Both the position numbers and the translations under genes were made by a program. The notes beneath the pieces are model-generated. The model saw only the letters and a list, made by a program, of their open reading frames with translations, had not been told where the DNA came from and searched no databases. A stretch of 41,945 nucleotides of DNA. Origin: a virus. Taxonomy: Duplodnaviria > Caudoviricetes. This document shows positions 9,096 through 17,799 of this stretch, in pieces; positions within the stretch are counted from its first letter, which is position 1; each line of letters opens with the position of its first letter. The DNA lies in IMG/VR virus record IMGVR_UViG_3300033067_000427, positions 1-41,945 of that record, one strand, 5' to 3'.

Positions 9096-9995
9096 TTACT
9101 CAAAGACTGCAGGACTAGCTGCATTCTTAAGTAGTTTAATATATTCGGCTTTAGTTGCACCAGGGTTTTGTTTGACAAATCTATCACATGCTGCCTGTTG
9201 GAAAGCATTCAGATCGTCATATGTTACCTTAGGCTCTGAAGGTTTTACCCTTGGAGAGTCTGCAGCCTCTACGGCTACTGGCTTGGCTTGGGCCGGATTT
9301 TGAAATCGATGAGGAAACTCTGCCTTCGCATAGTCTTCCAAATAGATTCCTAACGCCTTTGGCGACAATGTGGGTTTCCCCTCATTAAAGCGCCGCTCTA
9401 GTAACCGCTGTTCATAGGCTGTTACTTTGTCTCTAATTCTTTCATCTTCAGGAGTTTCACCGGTCAGCCAGTGATTGTTTCGTTCAAAGAACTCTTCCGC
9501 TCCTTCAGGAATGGTCCTAACTGATGCTACTTGTGCCGGAGCAGCAGTAGCTACTTGTTGGAGTTCCCTATATTGTTTGTCGTATGCTTCGAATGATTCC
9601 TCATCACCGAATTTCACCGCCTCCCTTCTCTTGACCTCCAGTTCGGCCAATGCTCTTTGGTAACCTCTTTTCTCGCTCTCAGACAGTTTAGCATTCATGT
9701 CGTCCATCTGTTTTTTAAGGCGAGCTAACTCTTTGGTAGTCTCTTTGATTTTTGTAAAAAGAGGACTTGAGCGATTGAACTCCCCTGGGCTTTTCTTTCC
9801 GTTTGGATCGAATGTTGCATGCGGGTCATTCTTGGCTTTCTCCAGTTCTTCAGCAGACCAGTCTGGATCACCTTCGTGAGCCTTCAATAGTGCTGAAATT
9901 TCATCTACTGCTTCAACTTCCTGTGCTACTTCATCGACTGCGATGCTTACCGAGTCCTGCACTAGTACGGCCTCTACGGCCTTTTCATCTGACAT
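9096..9995 (-). CDS. Putative head scaffolding protein
   Basis: Acidic, coiled-coil-rich 299 aa; F..RN.W motif and C-terminal EY.K helix; synteny. Confidence 0.65.
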   Translation of the reverse strand: MSDEKAVEAVLVQDSVSIAVDEVAQEVEAVDEISALLKAHEGDPDWSAEELEKAKNDPHATFDPNGKKSPGEFNRSSPLFTKIKETTKELARLKKQMDDMNAKLSESEKRGYQRALAELEVKRREAVKFGDEESFEAYDKQYRELQQVATAAPAQVASVRTIPEGAEEFFERNNHWLTGETPEDERIRDKVTAYEQRLLERRFNEGKPTLSPKALGIYLEDYAKAEFPHRFQNPAQAKPVAVEAADSPRVKPSEPKVTYDDLNAFQQAACDRFVKQNPGATKAEYIKLLKNAASPAVFE

Positions 9996-10000
9996 TTGTA

Positions 10001-10351
10001 TTACCTCTTGGTTTCTTTGACAATCATACTATAGATCTCTTTCTCTGGAAAGCAGATCAGTACGCGCCCATCATGCGTAAGGTAGGGTTGGCCTTCATAG
10101 GCTTCAAAACATACCTTATTCCCGACAACTGCACCCCAATTTTCTGGGCAGTCTCCAGGATCTTTACCAGCCAGTGGACCCACTGCAAGGACGGTGCCTA
10201 TATTGCCTGCACGTCTCGCATTTCTATCCTTTTCCGGGATAATGATTCCACCTTCTGTAACTTTTTCTTCCTTTTCAATTTCCACTAAGACTTGGAAACC
10301 CAAAGGGATTAAAGTTTCCCCTTGCTCCAATTGACATGCGATTTTAGCCAT
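10001..10351 (-). CDS. groES: GroES-like co-chaperonin (Cpn10)
   Basis: PLGFQVLVE, mobile loop TEGGIIIPE, GTVLAVGP, VGNKV.F..Y.G and final EKEI. Confidence 0.88.
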   Translation of the reverse strand: MAKIACQLEQGETLIPLGFQVLVEIEKEEKVTEGGIIIPEKDRNARRAGNIGTVLAVGPLAGKDPGDCPENWGAVVGNKVCFEAYEGQPYLTHDGRVLICFPEKEIYSMIVKETKR

Positions 10352-10352
10352 T

Positions 10353-10580
10353 CTATTCTCCTTCGTGTCGCACTAGAAACTCTTCTAGTTGTGCTTTATC
10401 AGTTAGTAATTTGAATGTCAGAATCTGTCCTCTGATCTCATTGTATCCAGCCAATCCTTCGGTAGTTGCCCTCGTTAAAATTAATCTTTCCGAGAGCTCT
10501 GCCGCATTTTGTGACAGCCTAACAAGAAACTCCTTGGTACTTGGGGCATTCACCCACAGATCAAAATCTTCTTTTGTCAT
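10353..10580 (-). CDS. Hypothetical protein (portal-adjacent)
   Basis: 75 aa, F..W...P.T motif; packed between portal and groES. Confidence 0.55.
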   Translation of the reverse strand: MTKEDFDLWVNAPSTKEFLVRLSQNAAELSERLILTRATTEGLAGYNEIRGQILTFKLLTDKAQLEEFLVRHEGE

Positions 10581-10582
10581 AC

Positions 10583-12556
10583 CTAGACTCCTGGGTTAGT
10601 TTTAGCTTTTGCTTCTGCCTTTATTTGCTCTTTCTGGATATCCGCTGCAACAGAGTGGGCACCCATGATTACGCCCATATCTGCTTTATGTGTTTCAATG
10701 TTGGGTTTGGCATTCGCATAGCCAGCGTTGGCATGTGCTAATACTGCTTCCCCATTATATTTGTTAATTTCCGCTTCAGCCAAGTGAGCCTTAATGATAA
10801 GCTCTTGCTGTTTGAGGGCTAAATGCTGTTGATCTAGTTTCTCTTGTGCGGACTTAGCCTGAATATCCGATTGCAATTTAATGATCTCAGGAGGTGGTGG
10901 CGCATTAGGATCTGGCGGAATGATCATACGATCAATGTTGCTGAATCGAAGATCTGTCAATAGATGCGTAAGGGCTTCATGTTTATTAATGAGGCCTCCC
11001 CAAACTGGGTCACTTCCTAGTTCCATAATGCGTTGATCTCTGGCTAATCGTTGCGCATCACTAGACATGCTTGGATCAGCGACTGGAGTCACATCAAAAG
11101 ACTCTTCATCAAAGTCAGAATTCGAAATTGCTAATTCATCATCTAACACTTTAAAGTACTTTTGTGGGTCTAAGAAGATTCTGTTAAGACGATACAACTT
11201 TTCAAATTCTTTCTTGAGACCTCTGAACAGGCGACGCTGAATACCAGAAAAGACTTTGGTGCCCTGGTCGATCTGAGATGCCATAACACTCTGTGCAACG
11301 TTTTGTACTTGCGCTGAACCTGTGTTGGTGTCGTTGATTGAGGCCAGCTGTTGTGCCCCCTCAATTAGCAAATTAAGTAACTGGAATAGTACTGGGCTTG
11401 GGTCTTTAAAATCAAACATGTGAATTTCATCTTTGATAGGCCCGTTGAGCGCGGTATCTAACTTTAGTAAGAGACCCGGTTTTAGTTTTAGCTCTCCGCC
11501 TTTAATTCGAAGACCCCGTCCGATGATCCCTGTAGGCATATTACCAAATCTACCAGCGTCAACAAGCTGATTGAATAGGGTATTAATAGCATCATTTGCT
11601 CCAAATAATAAGTGACCAATGCCAATCCCATAGTACGACCCATCAGGGTTAGGGATATACATGAAGTCGGTAAAGTATTGGATAGGATGAATGCACTGAA
11701 TTTCTCCCTTGGCATTCAATTCTACCTGGTCAGGATCAAACCTGGCAACAATCCTTAAGATGTCTTGAGTCTTTTCAAGGACCGTAACGATGTAAGGTTC
11801 TTCGTAGCCATCACCATCTAGATCTAGGAAACAATGCTGCTCTAAGATGACGTGGAGCTCTTCTCCTTCTCCCAGGTTTCCAACATTTTCTAACTTCTCT
11901 TCATCAATCTCGCTATAGTGACCATAACGGATTTTTTCCAGAATATAATTGCGGTGCTTCTCTAGTTTATGGGTTACCGCTCTCGCATCTTCTAGAGACT
12001 TGACATTATTGTTAATGAAGATCTCATCATACGGGCACAATTCACTAACGTTGCGCTTTTTGATTGGATCGTAGTAAGTCTTTTTAAAGGCTACGCCAAC
12101 TAAAGGCAAGGTATGTAAAAGCTTATCAAGGCTTTCTTCAAACTCGGAACTTTCTGTCAGGAGTTGCCAGTTCATAAAATCTTCTGCTCTACTGGCCCTG
12201 GCTTCTTTATTACCTTCAGGATCTTTACCAATAGTAGCAATACCTATAACTTTGCCATTTCTGACTAGCTCTGGATACGCTCTAGCTGCGAATTGAAGTA
12301 CCGCAACACTAGTAAGAGGATACTTAATATTTGCACAATTTTCGTATGGGGTATTCTTGGTGTTATGGTCTAGGCGAGCTAGCTCTATGACCATGCGTGT
12401 CTCATGTTCCCATTTCTTTCGGCTGTCACGATCTCTGTGATACTTGTTGACAACTTCTGCCGCGATCTTTCTAAGATCAGGCTCTTTCAGTTTGTCTGCT
12501 ATGTTGGGTAACAATACTACCTTAGAGAGATCTAGCTTAGCTTTTAATTCTAACAT
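10583..12556 (-). CDS. Portal protein (podovirus type)
   Basis: 657 aa directly after TerL; P....AVLQF.ARAYPEL, G.AFKK.YYD, YG.GIGHLL and NQL.DAG motifs; C-terminal coiled coil. Confidence 0.85.
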   Translation of the reverse strand: MLELKAKLDLSKVVLLPNIADKLKEPDLRKIAAEVVNKYHRDRDSRKKWEHETRMVIELARLDHNTKNTPYENCANIKYPLTSVAVLQFAARAYPELVRNGKVIGIATIGKDPEGNKEARASRAEDFMNWQLLTESSEFEESLDKLLHTLPLVGVAFKKTYYDPIKKRNVSELCPYDEIFINNNVKSLEDARAVTHKLEKHRNYILEKIRYGHYSEIDEEKLENVGNLGEGEELHVILEQHCFLDLDGDGYEEPYIVTVLEKTQDILRIVARFDPDQVELNAKGEIQCIHPIQYFTDFMYIPNPDGSYYGIGIGHLLFGANDAINTLFNQLVDAGRFGNMPTGIIGRGLRIKGGELKLKPGLLLKLDTALNGPIKDEIHMFDFKDPSPVLFQLLNLLIEGAQQLASINDTNTGSAQVQNVAQSVMASQIDQGTKVFSGIQRRLFRGLKKEFEKLYRLNRIFLDPQKYFKVLDDELAISNSDFDEESFDVTPVADPSMSSDAQRLARDQRIMELGSDPVWGGLINKHEALTHLLTDLRFSNIDRMIIPPDPNAPPPPEIIKLQSDIQAKSAQEKLDQQHLALKQQELIIKAHLAEAEINKYNGEAVLAHANAGYANAKPNIETHKADMGVIMGAHSVAADIQKEQIKAEAKAKTNPGV

Positions 12557-12559
12557 TGT

Positions 12560-14050
12560 CTAATACCCTGTTGTTCGTGATGCACCCAGCGCTTGCGGGT
12601 CCGGGGTATAGCCATACCCATCTTCTTCATCATACATCGGATTAACTCTTGCTCTATCCAAACCTGAGATCACACAGTAACGCATAGCATCCATCAAGTG
12701 ATCATCCTGCCCATCTGGGATCTTGCCCTTATCGTCTTTATGATAGGTGCGAAATTCATTGAACCAATTCTGACACGTTGCGAAAACTTTAAGTTGTCCG
12801 CACGTTAACATTGTCCAAACCGCTGAAAGCCCTGTCTCAATGGCATTAGAGGCCATAGTTAGGTCTAAACCCAAATCCATGTATTGGTGCAATAAACGTG
12901 TACCATCATCCCTAGATCGGTTAGAAGCTGGATCAATTACACCAGGGATCCATGCTCCCCGCGACTTAATCGCCTGCGCGTGAATAGGAGGTTCATCCCT
13001 TCCAGCGTAGTGTTCCGAGTAAATGTACCATACATTCGAGGATGGATCTTGAGCCATCCATACAGCTGCTGACTTATGCCAGCCAACGTCAAACCCATAG
13101 ACTTTTGGCCAATGGTTTGGAATAGTAAAGGGCTGGACTGTGATATCATTTTCAGATACAGCGAAAATCGCGCCAGCGCCAATCTGTGGGATCCCGCGTG
13201 TTCGAGCATCCCGCATCCAAGGTGGAATAGCTTGTAGCATCTCCGCCTTTTCTTGCTCAGATAGATGCGGTACATCATCCCAAGTAATTTGTGTTACCCA
13301 TTTGTTGTTCAATGGGTTAACATCCCCCATTGGAAACCTGCCGCCTGGCAAGAACTCCAATACAATCTTTGACAGACCGAACAAAGGTGTGAAAGTACAC
13401 ATAACGCGACCTGCACACTTTTGGCAGACGCGACACTTCATAGTACGCATCAAGCATTCTTGATAGATCTCAGGATCTTTAGGTTCTTCATCGAGACAGA
13501 CCAAATTAATGGCTGTACCCTGCAAAGCTTCGCGGCCTTGCTCATAGGACTTAAACACACCCTCGCTGAACCCATCCTCAATGCCATTAGTAAAATGACG
13601 TACTCGAACGACTAGAATCGCTTCAGGCACACCAGGGCGGTTCGTTGTGCTGATTATCATGTCTTTAGGAATAAGGCCCGAGCCCTTGTCCATAACAGAC
13701 CCAATCAACTCTTCCTGCAAAATACCTTTCGTCGACTCATTACTCTTACCGATAAACCATGCGCTAATCGGGTGCTTGTAGCGATGCCCTGTCCACCAAT
13801 CTGGGTATAGACCAGTAAGGTGCAATGTAGCCTCATACATAGCTGCAAAGGTCTTACCACTACGGTTAGCAGCCACTAGGGCTCTTTCTCGAAAGTCTTT
13901 TCCTGCCGCAAAGAAAGCCATTTGCTTAGTGTACTTGTCTCTACTGAACTCACCTGTAGCTGGGAAAGCCGTGTCGATCTTGTTGTAGCGCTTTCTGCGC
14001 TCGATCTCGGCTAATAGGCTATCTAGTTCTAGTAGCTCCTTATCACTCAT
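12560..14050 (-). CDS. terL: Terminase large subunit
   Basis: Walker A AANRSGKT, Walker B VCLDEEP, TFTP coupling motif, nuclease GFDVG and DDHLMDAMRY. Likely start MSDKEL at 14050 overlaps the TerS stop. Confidence 0.92.
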   Translation of the reverse strand: MSDKELLELDSLLAEIERRKRYNKIDTAFPATGEFSRDKYTKQMAFFAAGKDFRERALVAANRSGKTFAAMYEATLHLTGLYPDWWTGHRYKHPISAWFIGKSNESTKGILQEELIGSVMDKGSGLIPKDMIISTTNRPGVPEAILVVRVRHFTNGIEDGFSEGVFKSYEQGREALQGTAINLVCLDEEPKDPEIYQECLMRTMKCRVCQKCAGRVMCTFTPLFGLSKIVLEFLPGGRFPMGDVNPLNNKWVTQITWDDVPHLSEQEKAEMLQAIPPWMRDARTRGIPQIGAGAIFAVSENDITVQPFTIPNHWPKVYGFDVGWHKSAAVWMAQDPSSNVWYIYSEHYAGRDEPPIHAQAIKSRGAWIPGVIDPASNRSRDDGTRLLHQYMDLGLDLTMASNAIETGLSAVWTMLTCGQLKVFATCQNWFNEFRTYHKDDKGKIPDGQDDHLMDAMRYCVISGLDRARVNPMYDEEDGYGYTPDPQALGASRTTGY

Positions 14051-14507
14051 TTTCGTATGTCGTTCCTGATGATATGCCCAACGCTTTGAGCTTTTCAGCA
14101 ATCTTATGCTGCAATTCTTCCGTACTCAATTGTTGGAGTACATTCATGTTACCGATATTGATCTCGGTCTTAGACGCGTCCGCTACCTTAACTGAACCGA
14201 ATTGACGATCCATCATACTGTTATACAGCTGGGCTTGAATCTCTCGATTCTTTAACATCCCATCTTTGCCTACCTCTTCCCACCAAGACAATGAGAGATC
14301 TTCAGCTAACTCACAGGCATGCTTGAAGTCCGGGTAAGTCTTAATCCACTCGTAATACGTGCTACGGGCAATGCCTATAATAGCACAAGCCCGAGGAATG
14401 GATTCACCATTACACCGGGCGATTTTAATCTTTTCGCAGTAGTCTTCCGTGTATTTGGCAGGCCGACCTATCTTAGTGTCGGTTGCCTTTGGGATTTCTG
14501 TTGACAT
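14043..14507 (-). CDS. terS: Terminase small subunit
   Basis: GRPAKY plus HTH (IGIARSTYYEW...PDF) and WWE; immediately upstream of TerL. Confidence 0.8.
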   Translation of the reverse strand: MSTEIPKATDTKIGRPAKYTEDYCEKIKIARCNGESIPRACAIIGIARSTYYEWIKTYPDFKHACELAEDLSLSWWEEVGKDGMLKNREIQAQLYNSMMDRQFGSVKVADASKTEINIGNMNVLQQLSTEELQHKIAEKLKALGISSGTTYENE

Positions 14508-14781
14508 GTGGCTTTTCCATGAGGTTGAATAGTAATTCTTCTATCCGTTTAATGCTATCATAGACCATCCGTAATTGGACATCCTGTGCTTCCGCATTGT
14601 CATTGATCATCTGTCTTATCTCTGCTTCCGTTTTAATCTCGCTGATCTTGCCCAAGATATGTTTCACTCCGTACATTATCACGCCTCCAAAGGCTGCGAC
14701 AAGGGCACCTATTAGTTTTATTAGTATAGCCTCGCCCATTCCTTGTTCCTCAAATAAGTCCACCAACTTTGAGCAATCCAT
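14473..14781 (-). CDS. Single-TM membrane protein with coiled coil (start may be the internal MGEAIL)
   Basis: Hydrophobic segment ILIKLIGALVAAFGGVIMYGV followed by a charged helix; overlaps terS start. Confidence 0.5.
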   Translation of the reverse strand: MDCSKLVDLFEEQGMGEAILIKLIGALVAAFGGVIMYGVKHILGKISEIKTEAEIRQMINDNAEAQDVQLRMVYDSIKRIEELLFNLMEKPHVNRNPKGNRH

Positions 14782-14830
14782 GCCCGGGTGTCGGTGGCAA
14801 CCTTTCTGTTGATTAGCTCCTAAGGCATCC

Positions 14831-15293
14831 TACATAGTGCCGGAGTTCATCCGGTTTCGGCCCTCAGTGCTATGCTGTTGTGGGTAAAGTAGAGCTGTTT
14901 ATTAAAGTGGCCGCTGACTACATGTGCCACTATCTGTCAACCCATAAAACCACCCCGCAGGGGGCTGGGCGGAATGACGCTTTCGCATTAAGGCATAGTG
15001 CCATCAGTCGCTGCAGATTCTTAAAATTAGGCCTGGACTTTATTTCACCTCGCTCCAGGCGCGAGGACACGCCACTGCGACTCGAAAGTCCGTGGCCCAC
15101 TCTAGCACGGCCCCTACTATGAGGCTCGGTGAGCAGAAAGTATTCAATGGGCTTTTTTAAGGTTGAGCCCAAACAACCTTTACCTTGTCTCTGGGTGTTC
15201 CTTCCGCACGAAGGCGTCTAGTACTTCGGGGAAACAGCGGCAACATACAGATCCTAGGGTAGCGACCGTACAAAGCATAGTAATCTACCTATG
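14831..15293 (-). ncRNA. Candidate large structured ncRNA (pseudoknot-rich)
   Basis: Own sigma70-type promoter; long-range end pairing (15270-15280 with 14870-14881); at least two clear H-type pseudoknots; no credible ORF. Confidence 0.6.
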
Positions 15294-15298
15294 TACTT

Positions 15299-15327
15299 AA
15301 AGTAGCATAGGTTTCTTACTATGTCAA
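15299..15327 (-). promoter_or_regulatory. sigma70-type promoter
   Basis: TTGACA-17 bp-TACTTT with extended -10 TG. Confidence 0.7.
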
Positions 15328-15373
15328 GCTTTATTTACATTTTCAGTAAATAAAAATTTAGCCAATTGTTTTA

Positions 15374-15496
15374 TTAGTGCAGAACGACTAACAACACAAC
15401 TACAGCGACTACAGCTGCGACGATTGGGTGTGCTGCAGCTACTGCTACTACACGGTCCACCACATCTTTAACTACTGCGATTACTTTAGCGATCAT
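15374..15496 (-). CDS. Small hydrophobic protein in the lysis cassette (40 aa)
   Basis: MIAKVIAVVKDVVDRVVAVAAAHPIVAAVVAVVVLLVVLH; starts 1 nt after the amidase stop; GGTGAGG SD. Confidence 0.6.
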   Translation of the reverse strand: MIAKVIAVVKDVVDRVVAVAAAHPIVAAVVAVVVLLVVLH

Positions 15497-15497
15497 A

Positions 15498-15995
15498 TTA
15501 AACCTCACCATGTCCAAGAAACTCTAGACCGACTGCTTTCGCAATACGATCCATATAGACCTTATCGATCGACAGACTAAAACCATTACTGGGCTCACCT
15601 GGCCATCGAGGGTCAACTTTACCAGCGTGACTCGCATGTTTGTGGCAAGTTATCTGGATAATATCAGGCCCTAAGGGCTTAATTCGTGTATTAACTAACT
15701 CAATCAGTGCCTGCACTTGCACTTCACTTACTGGGGGTGCATCTCCACCACCAACGAAGGAGACTCCTACGGTATCGCGATTGTAGTCCTTTGCATGCCA
15801 CATCATAGTTGTAGGCTTAGCGTACTCATGGCAATCACCATTACGATCGATCATGTAGTGATAACCTAAGCCCCTTTGCTTGAGCGTAGCCTCGGCCCCG
15901 CCTAAATTCGGTCCGGCGGTGTCGTGGAGGATGATCAGATAGGGCTCTTGAGGCCCGTGTGAGGGGAGGACCCCTAGTTTGTTGACTAATTTCAT
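15498..15995 (-). CDS. Endolysin, N-acetylmuramoyl-L-alanine amidase (Amidase_2)
   Basis: IILHDTAG, GYHYMID..G, WHA..YN...GV, H and K.DP zinc-amidase motifs. Confidence 0.9.
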   Translation of the reverse strand: MKLVNKLGVLPSHGPQEPYLIILHDTAGPNLGGAEATLKQRGLGYHYMIDRNGDCHEYAKPTTMMWHAKDYNRDTVGVSFVGGGDAPPVSEVQVQALIELVNTRIKPLGPDIIQITCHKHASHAGKVDPRWPGEPSNGFSLSIDKVYMDRIAKAVGLEFLGHGEV

Positions 15996-15996
15996 G

Positions 15997-16413
15997 TTAG
16001 AGTATCTTTTTGTCGATGATTGTTTTGATTATGCCGGAGTTCGTAATGGCTGCGACGACCTTATCGATAGTGCGCATAGCAGGGAAGTAACCCATGTAAA
16101 GCAGAGTCACTGTATTCACCATCTCAGAATCTTCTGGAGACATACTGGAAGACTCAAAACCAAAGAACCTAGCTACGACGAGACTAGCGAACACCAAGAA
16201 AACCAAGGGGCGAGCGTTGTTAGCGAGCCAGCCTTGGTTGTTAGCAGTCAACATGGCTGCTGTGGCGACGTCTCGTTGTGCAGAAGTAGAAGTCACATCA
16301 CCCAAAATAGCAATAGACTGCTTGACAATGTCTGTTTGAGAGGATTTAAACTGGAAAAGGCCGCCTAAAGCTGAGCCTATAAGAGAAAATGCGGAAGTAA
16401 TCAATGGGATCAT
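15997..16413 (-). CDS. Holin (3TM, GTA-type holin family)
   Basis: Three hydrophobic segments, WL..N.RP motif and GY...RT.DK; adjacent to the amidase. Confidence 0.7.
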   Translation of the reverse strand: MIPLITSAFSLIGSALGGLFQFKSSQTDIVKQSIAILGDVTSTSAQRDVATAAMLTANNQGWLANNARPLVFLVFASLVVARFFGFESSSMSPEDSEMVNTVTLLYMGYFPAMRTIDKVVAAITNSGIIKTIIDKKIL

Positions 16414-16418
16414 GTGTG

Positions 16419-16634
16419 TTATACCTTAGCTGGGAGAATTTCGTTGTCTTGGCGGTAGTTTGAACCGGGGGTCCCTGCATTGGCGTAAACTAATGCCGTT
16501 GCGGAGGGAACTCGGACTACCAGGTCGTTGGTTTGGCAGGTTGGGCAGAGCTTATGCTCTTTGGTGTCCTCCTCTTCTAGTCCATCGAAGAGGGTGTAGC
16601 AATGGCCACACTCTAAATCGTACATGCGTCGCAT
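16419..16634 (-). CDS. FmdB-family zinc-ribbon protein
   Basis: Y.L.CxxC...F...CPxC..V.RV.S pattern. Confidence 0.75.
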   Translation of the reverse strand: MRRMYDLECGHCYTLFDGLEEEDTKEHKLCPTCQTNDLVVRVPSATALVYANAGTPGSNYRQDNEILPAKV

Positions 16635-16651
16635 CTTGCGTTTCTCCGTAA

Positions 16652-16855
16652 TTAGAAAGAGGTTGAGTACTGGATGTGAAGACTCCGTCGTGAGACTCCG
16701 GAATCCTCGGCAGTGAGCTTCGGCTGAACGCTTTTGTCGCTACCACCCTCTATAGTTGGCCACGGGGGGTGGGCTAGGCTTTGTCCAGGATATAAAACCT
16801 GGGAACCGATCTTTTGCGTACCTTTTGCACTACATGTACCCAGTACTCGAACCAT
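16652..16855 (-). CDS. Hypothetical protein (possibly leaderless)
   Basis: 67-aa ORF starting about 6 nt after the -10 box at 16862; no recognisable motif. Confidence 0.3.
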   Translation of the reverse strand: MVRVLGTCSAKGTQKIGSQVLYPGQSLAHPPWPTIEGGSDKSVQPKLTAEDSGVSRRSLHIQYSTSF

Positions 16856-16861
16856 TTAATG

Positions 16862-16890
16862 ACTATACCACCCTTTTTTTAGTTTGTCAA
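16862..16890 (-). promoter_or_regulatory. sigma70-type promoter for the leftward (lysis/structural) arm
   Basis: TTGACA-17 bp-TATAGT with extended TG. Confidence 0.75.
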
Positions 16891-17401
16891 GTGTTTTTTC
16901 TCGCTAACGCTGCAAAAGCTTTTTCTTCACTATCCCTTACAGCGGTTAGGATCCCTTTTATCCCCTACAGAGGGTACCCACTTTCGGCCAAGTTTCGGCC
17001 ATTTTCTAGCTGTCCATTAACTCTGAAAAACTGGGGCATTCCGCGCCATTTACGGACACCCGAATCCCGCTGAGGGCGCGACTTCCGCGTGCGCTACGCT
17101 CACTTGGCGGACACCCCTATTCCCAGTCCGTTTATGGTACCTAATTCCTGCTTGGTGTATAAGCAAAACTAATGCTACCGTACACGGTCTGTTTCTTGGT
17201 TAAAACACACACTAACTGCTTGGAATGATCCCGAACGGTACTATAGCGGTAAAACAGAGACCTATGGGACCCAGTACCAGCACTTTTTACCATCGAGTTT
17301 TGGGATCGCAAGCAGGGGGGAGAGATGGGACCCAAATTTTCAAAAATCGAGCGCGCAGGCGTGGTGATTGTCTCGTGGCTCCCCTCTACCACTATGATTA
17401 C

Positions 17402-17430
17402 AGTATAGCACATTCTATTCCATTTGTCAA
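17402..17430 (-). promoter_or_regulatory. sigma70-type promoter (phage early consensus)
   Basis: TTGACA-17 bp-TATACT followed by GTAATCA, as in the plus-strand early promoters. Confidence 0.75.
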
Positions 17431-17703
17431 GTACTTAGGGGTAACTATGTATTCAGTAGAATCAAGCACTTACAGCACCCCCACTAAAAAGCATATATTT
17501 GCCCATAGTAAGCAGGCACATTGAGACATACATATAATAAACCTTACGTAACCACACCTATGTTTAAACCTAATTGGAGGGCCGTGGTTGAAAGAAAGAA
17601 CCCATAGGCCTAACTATAGTTAAGGGGGTGGAGGATTTATTCAATCATATTGACCTAGTAGCCCCACAGTTATGTTGTGGCGGGGCACATTGATTTTATC
17701 TCG

Positions 17704-17799
17704 AAATGGGGGTGAAATATTAACAAAATCTTAAGTGTTTCTTAAGAATTTAAGATTTCCTTAAGAATTCTCTGAATTTTAACCCATAAATGGGGGTGA
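17704..17799. repeat. 12-bp direct repeat AAATGGGGGTGA flanking an AT-rich tract with four TTAAG units
   Basis: Copies at 17704-17715 and 17788-17799; (C)TTAAG units lie between them. Confidence 0.6.

Noticed and set aside
2473-14812. Numerous plus-strand ORFs over the structural module
   Set aside because: Fully antisense to well-supported virion and packaging genes; no motifs or SDs.
14880-15172. 80-aa ORFs on both strands within the structured region
   Set aside because: Weak starts, no SD and no protein-like features; the base-pairing pattern explains the region better.
14831-15293. Canonical tmRNA or RNase P RNA
   Set aside because: No GGGG 5' end, G:U alanine identity pair, CCA end or tag reading frame. 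AAAGTCC only partly resembles the RNase P P4 motif and its 3' partner is missing.
17141-17524. ORFs 17141..17413 (-) and 17225..17524 (+)
   Set aside because: The minus ORF starts inside the promoter itself; neither has an SD or a recognisable product.
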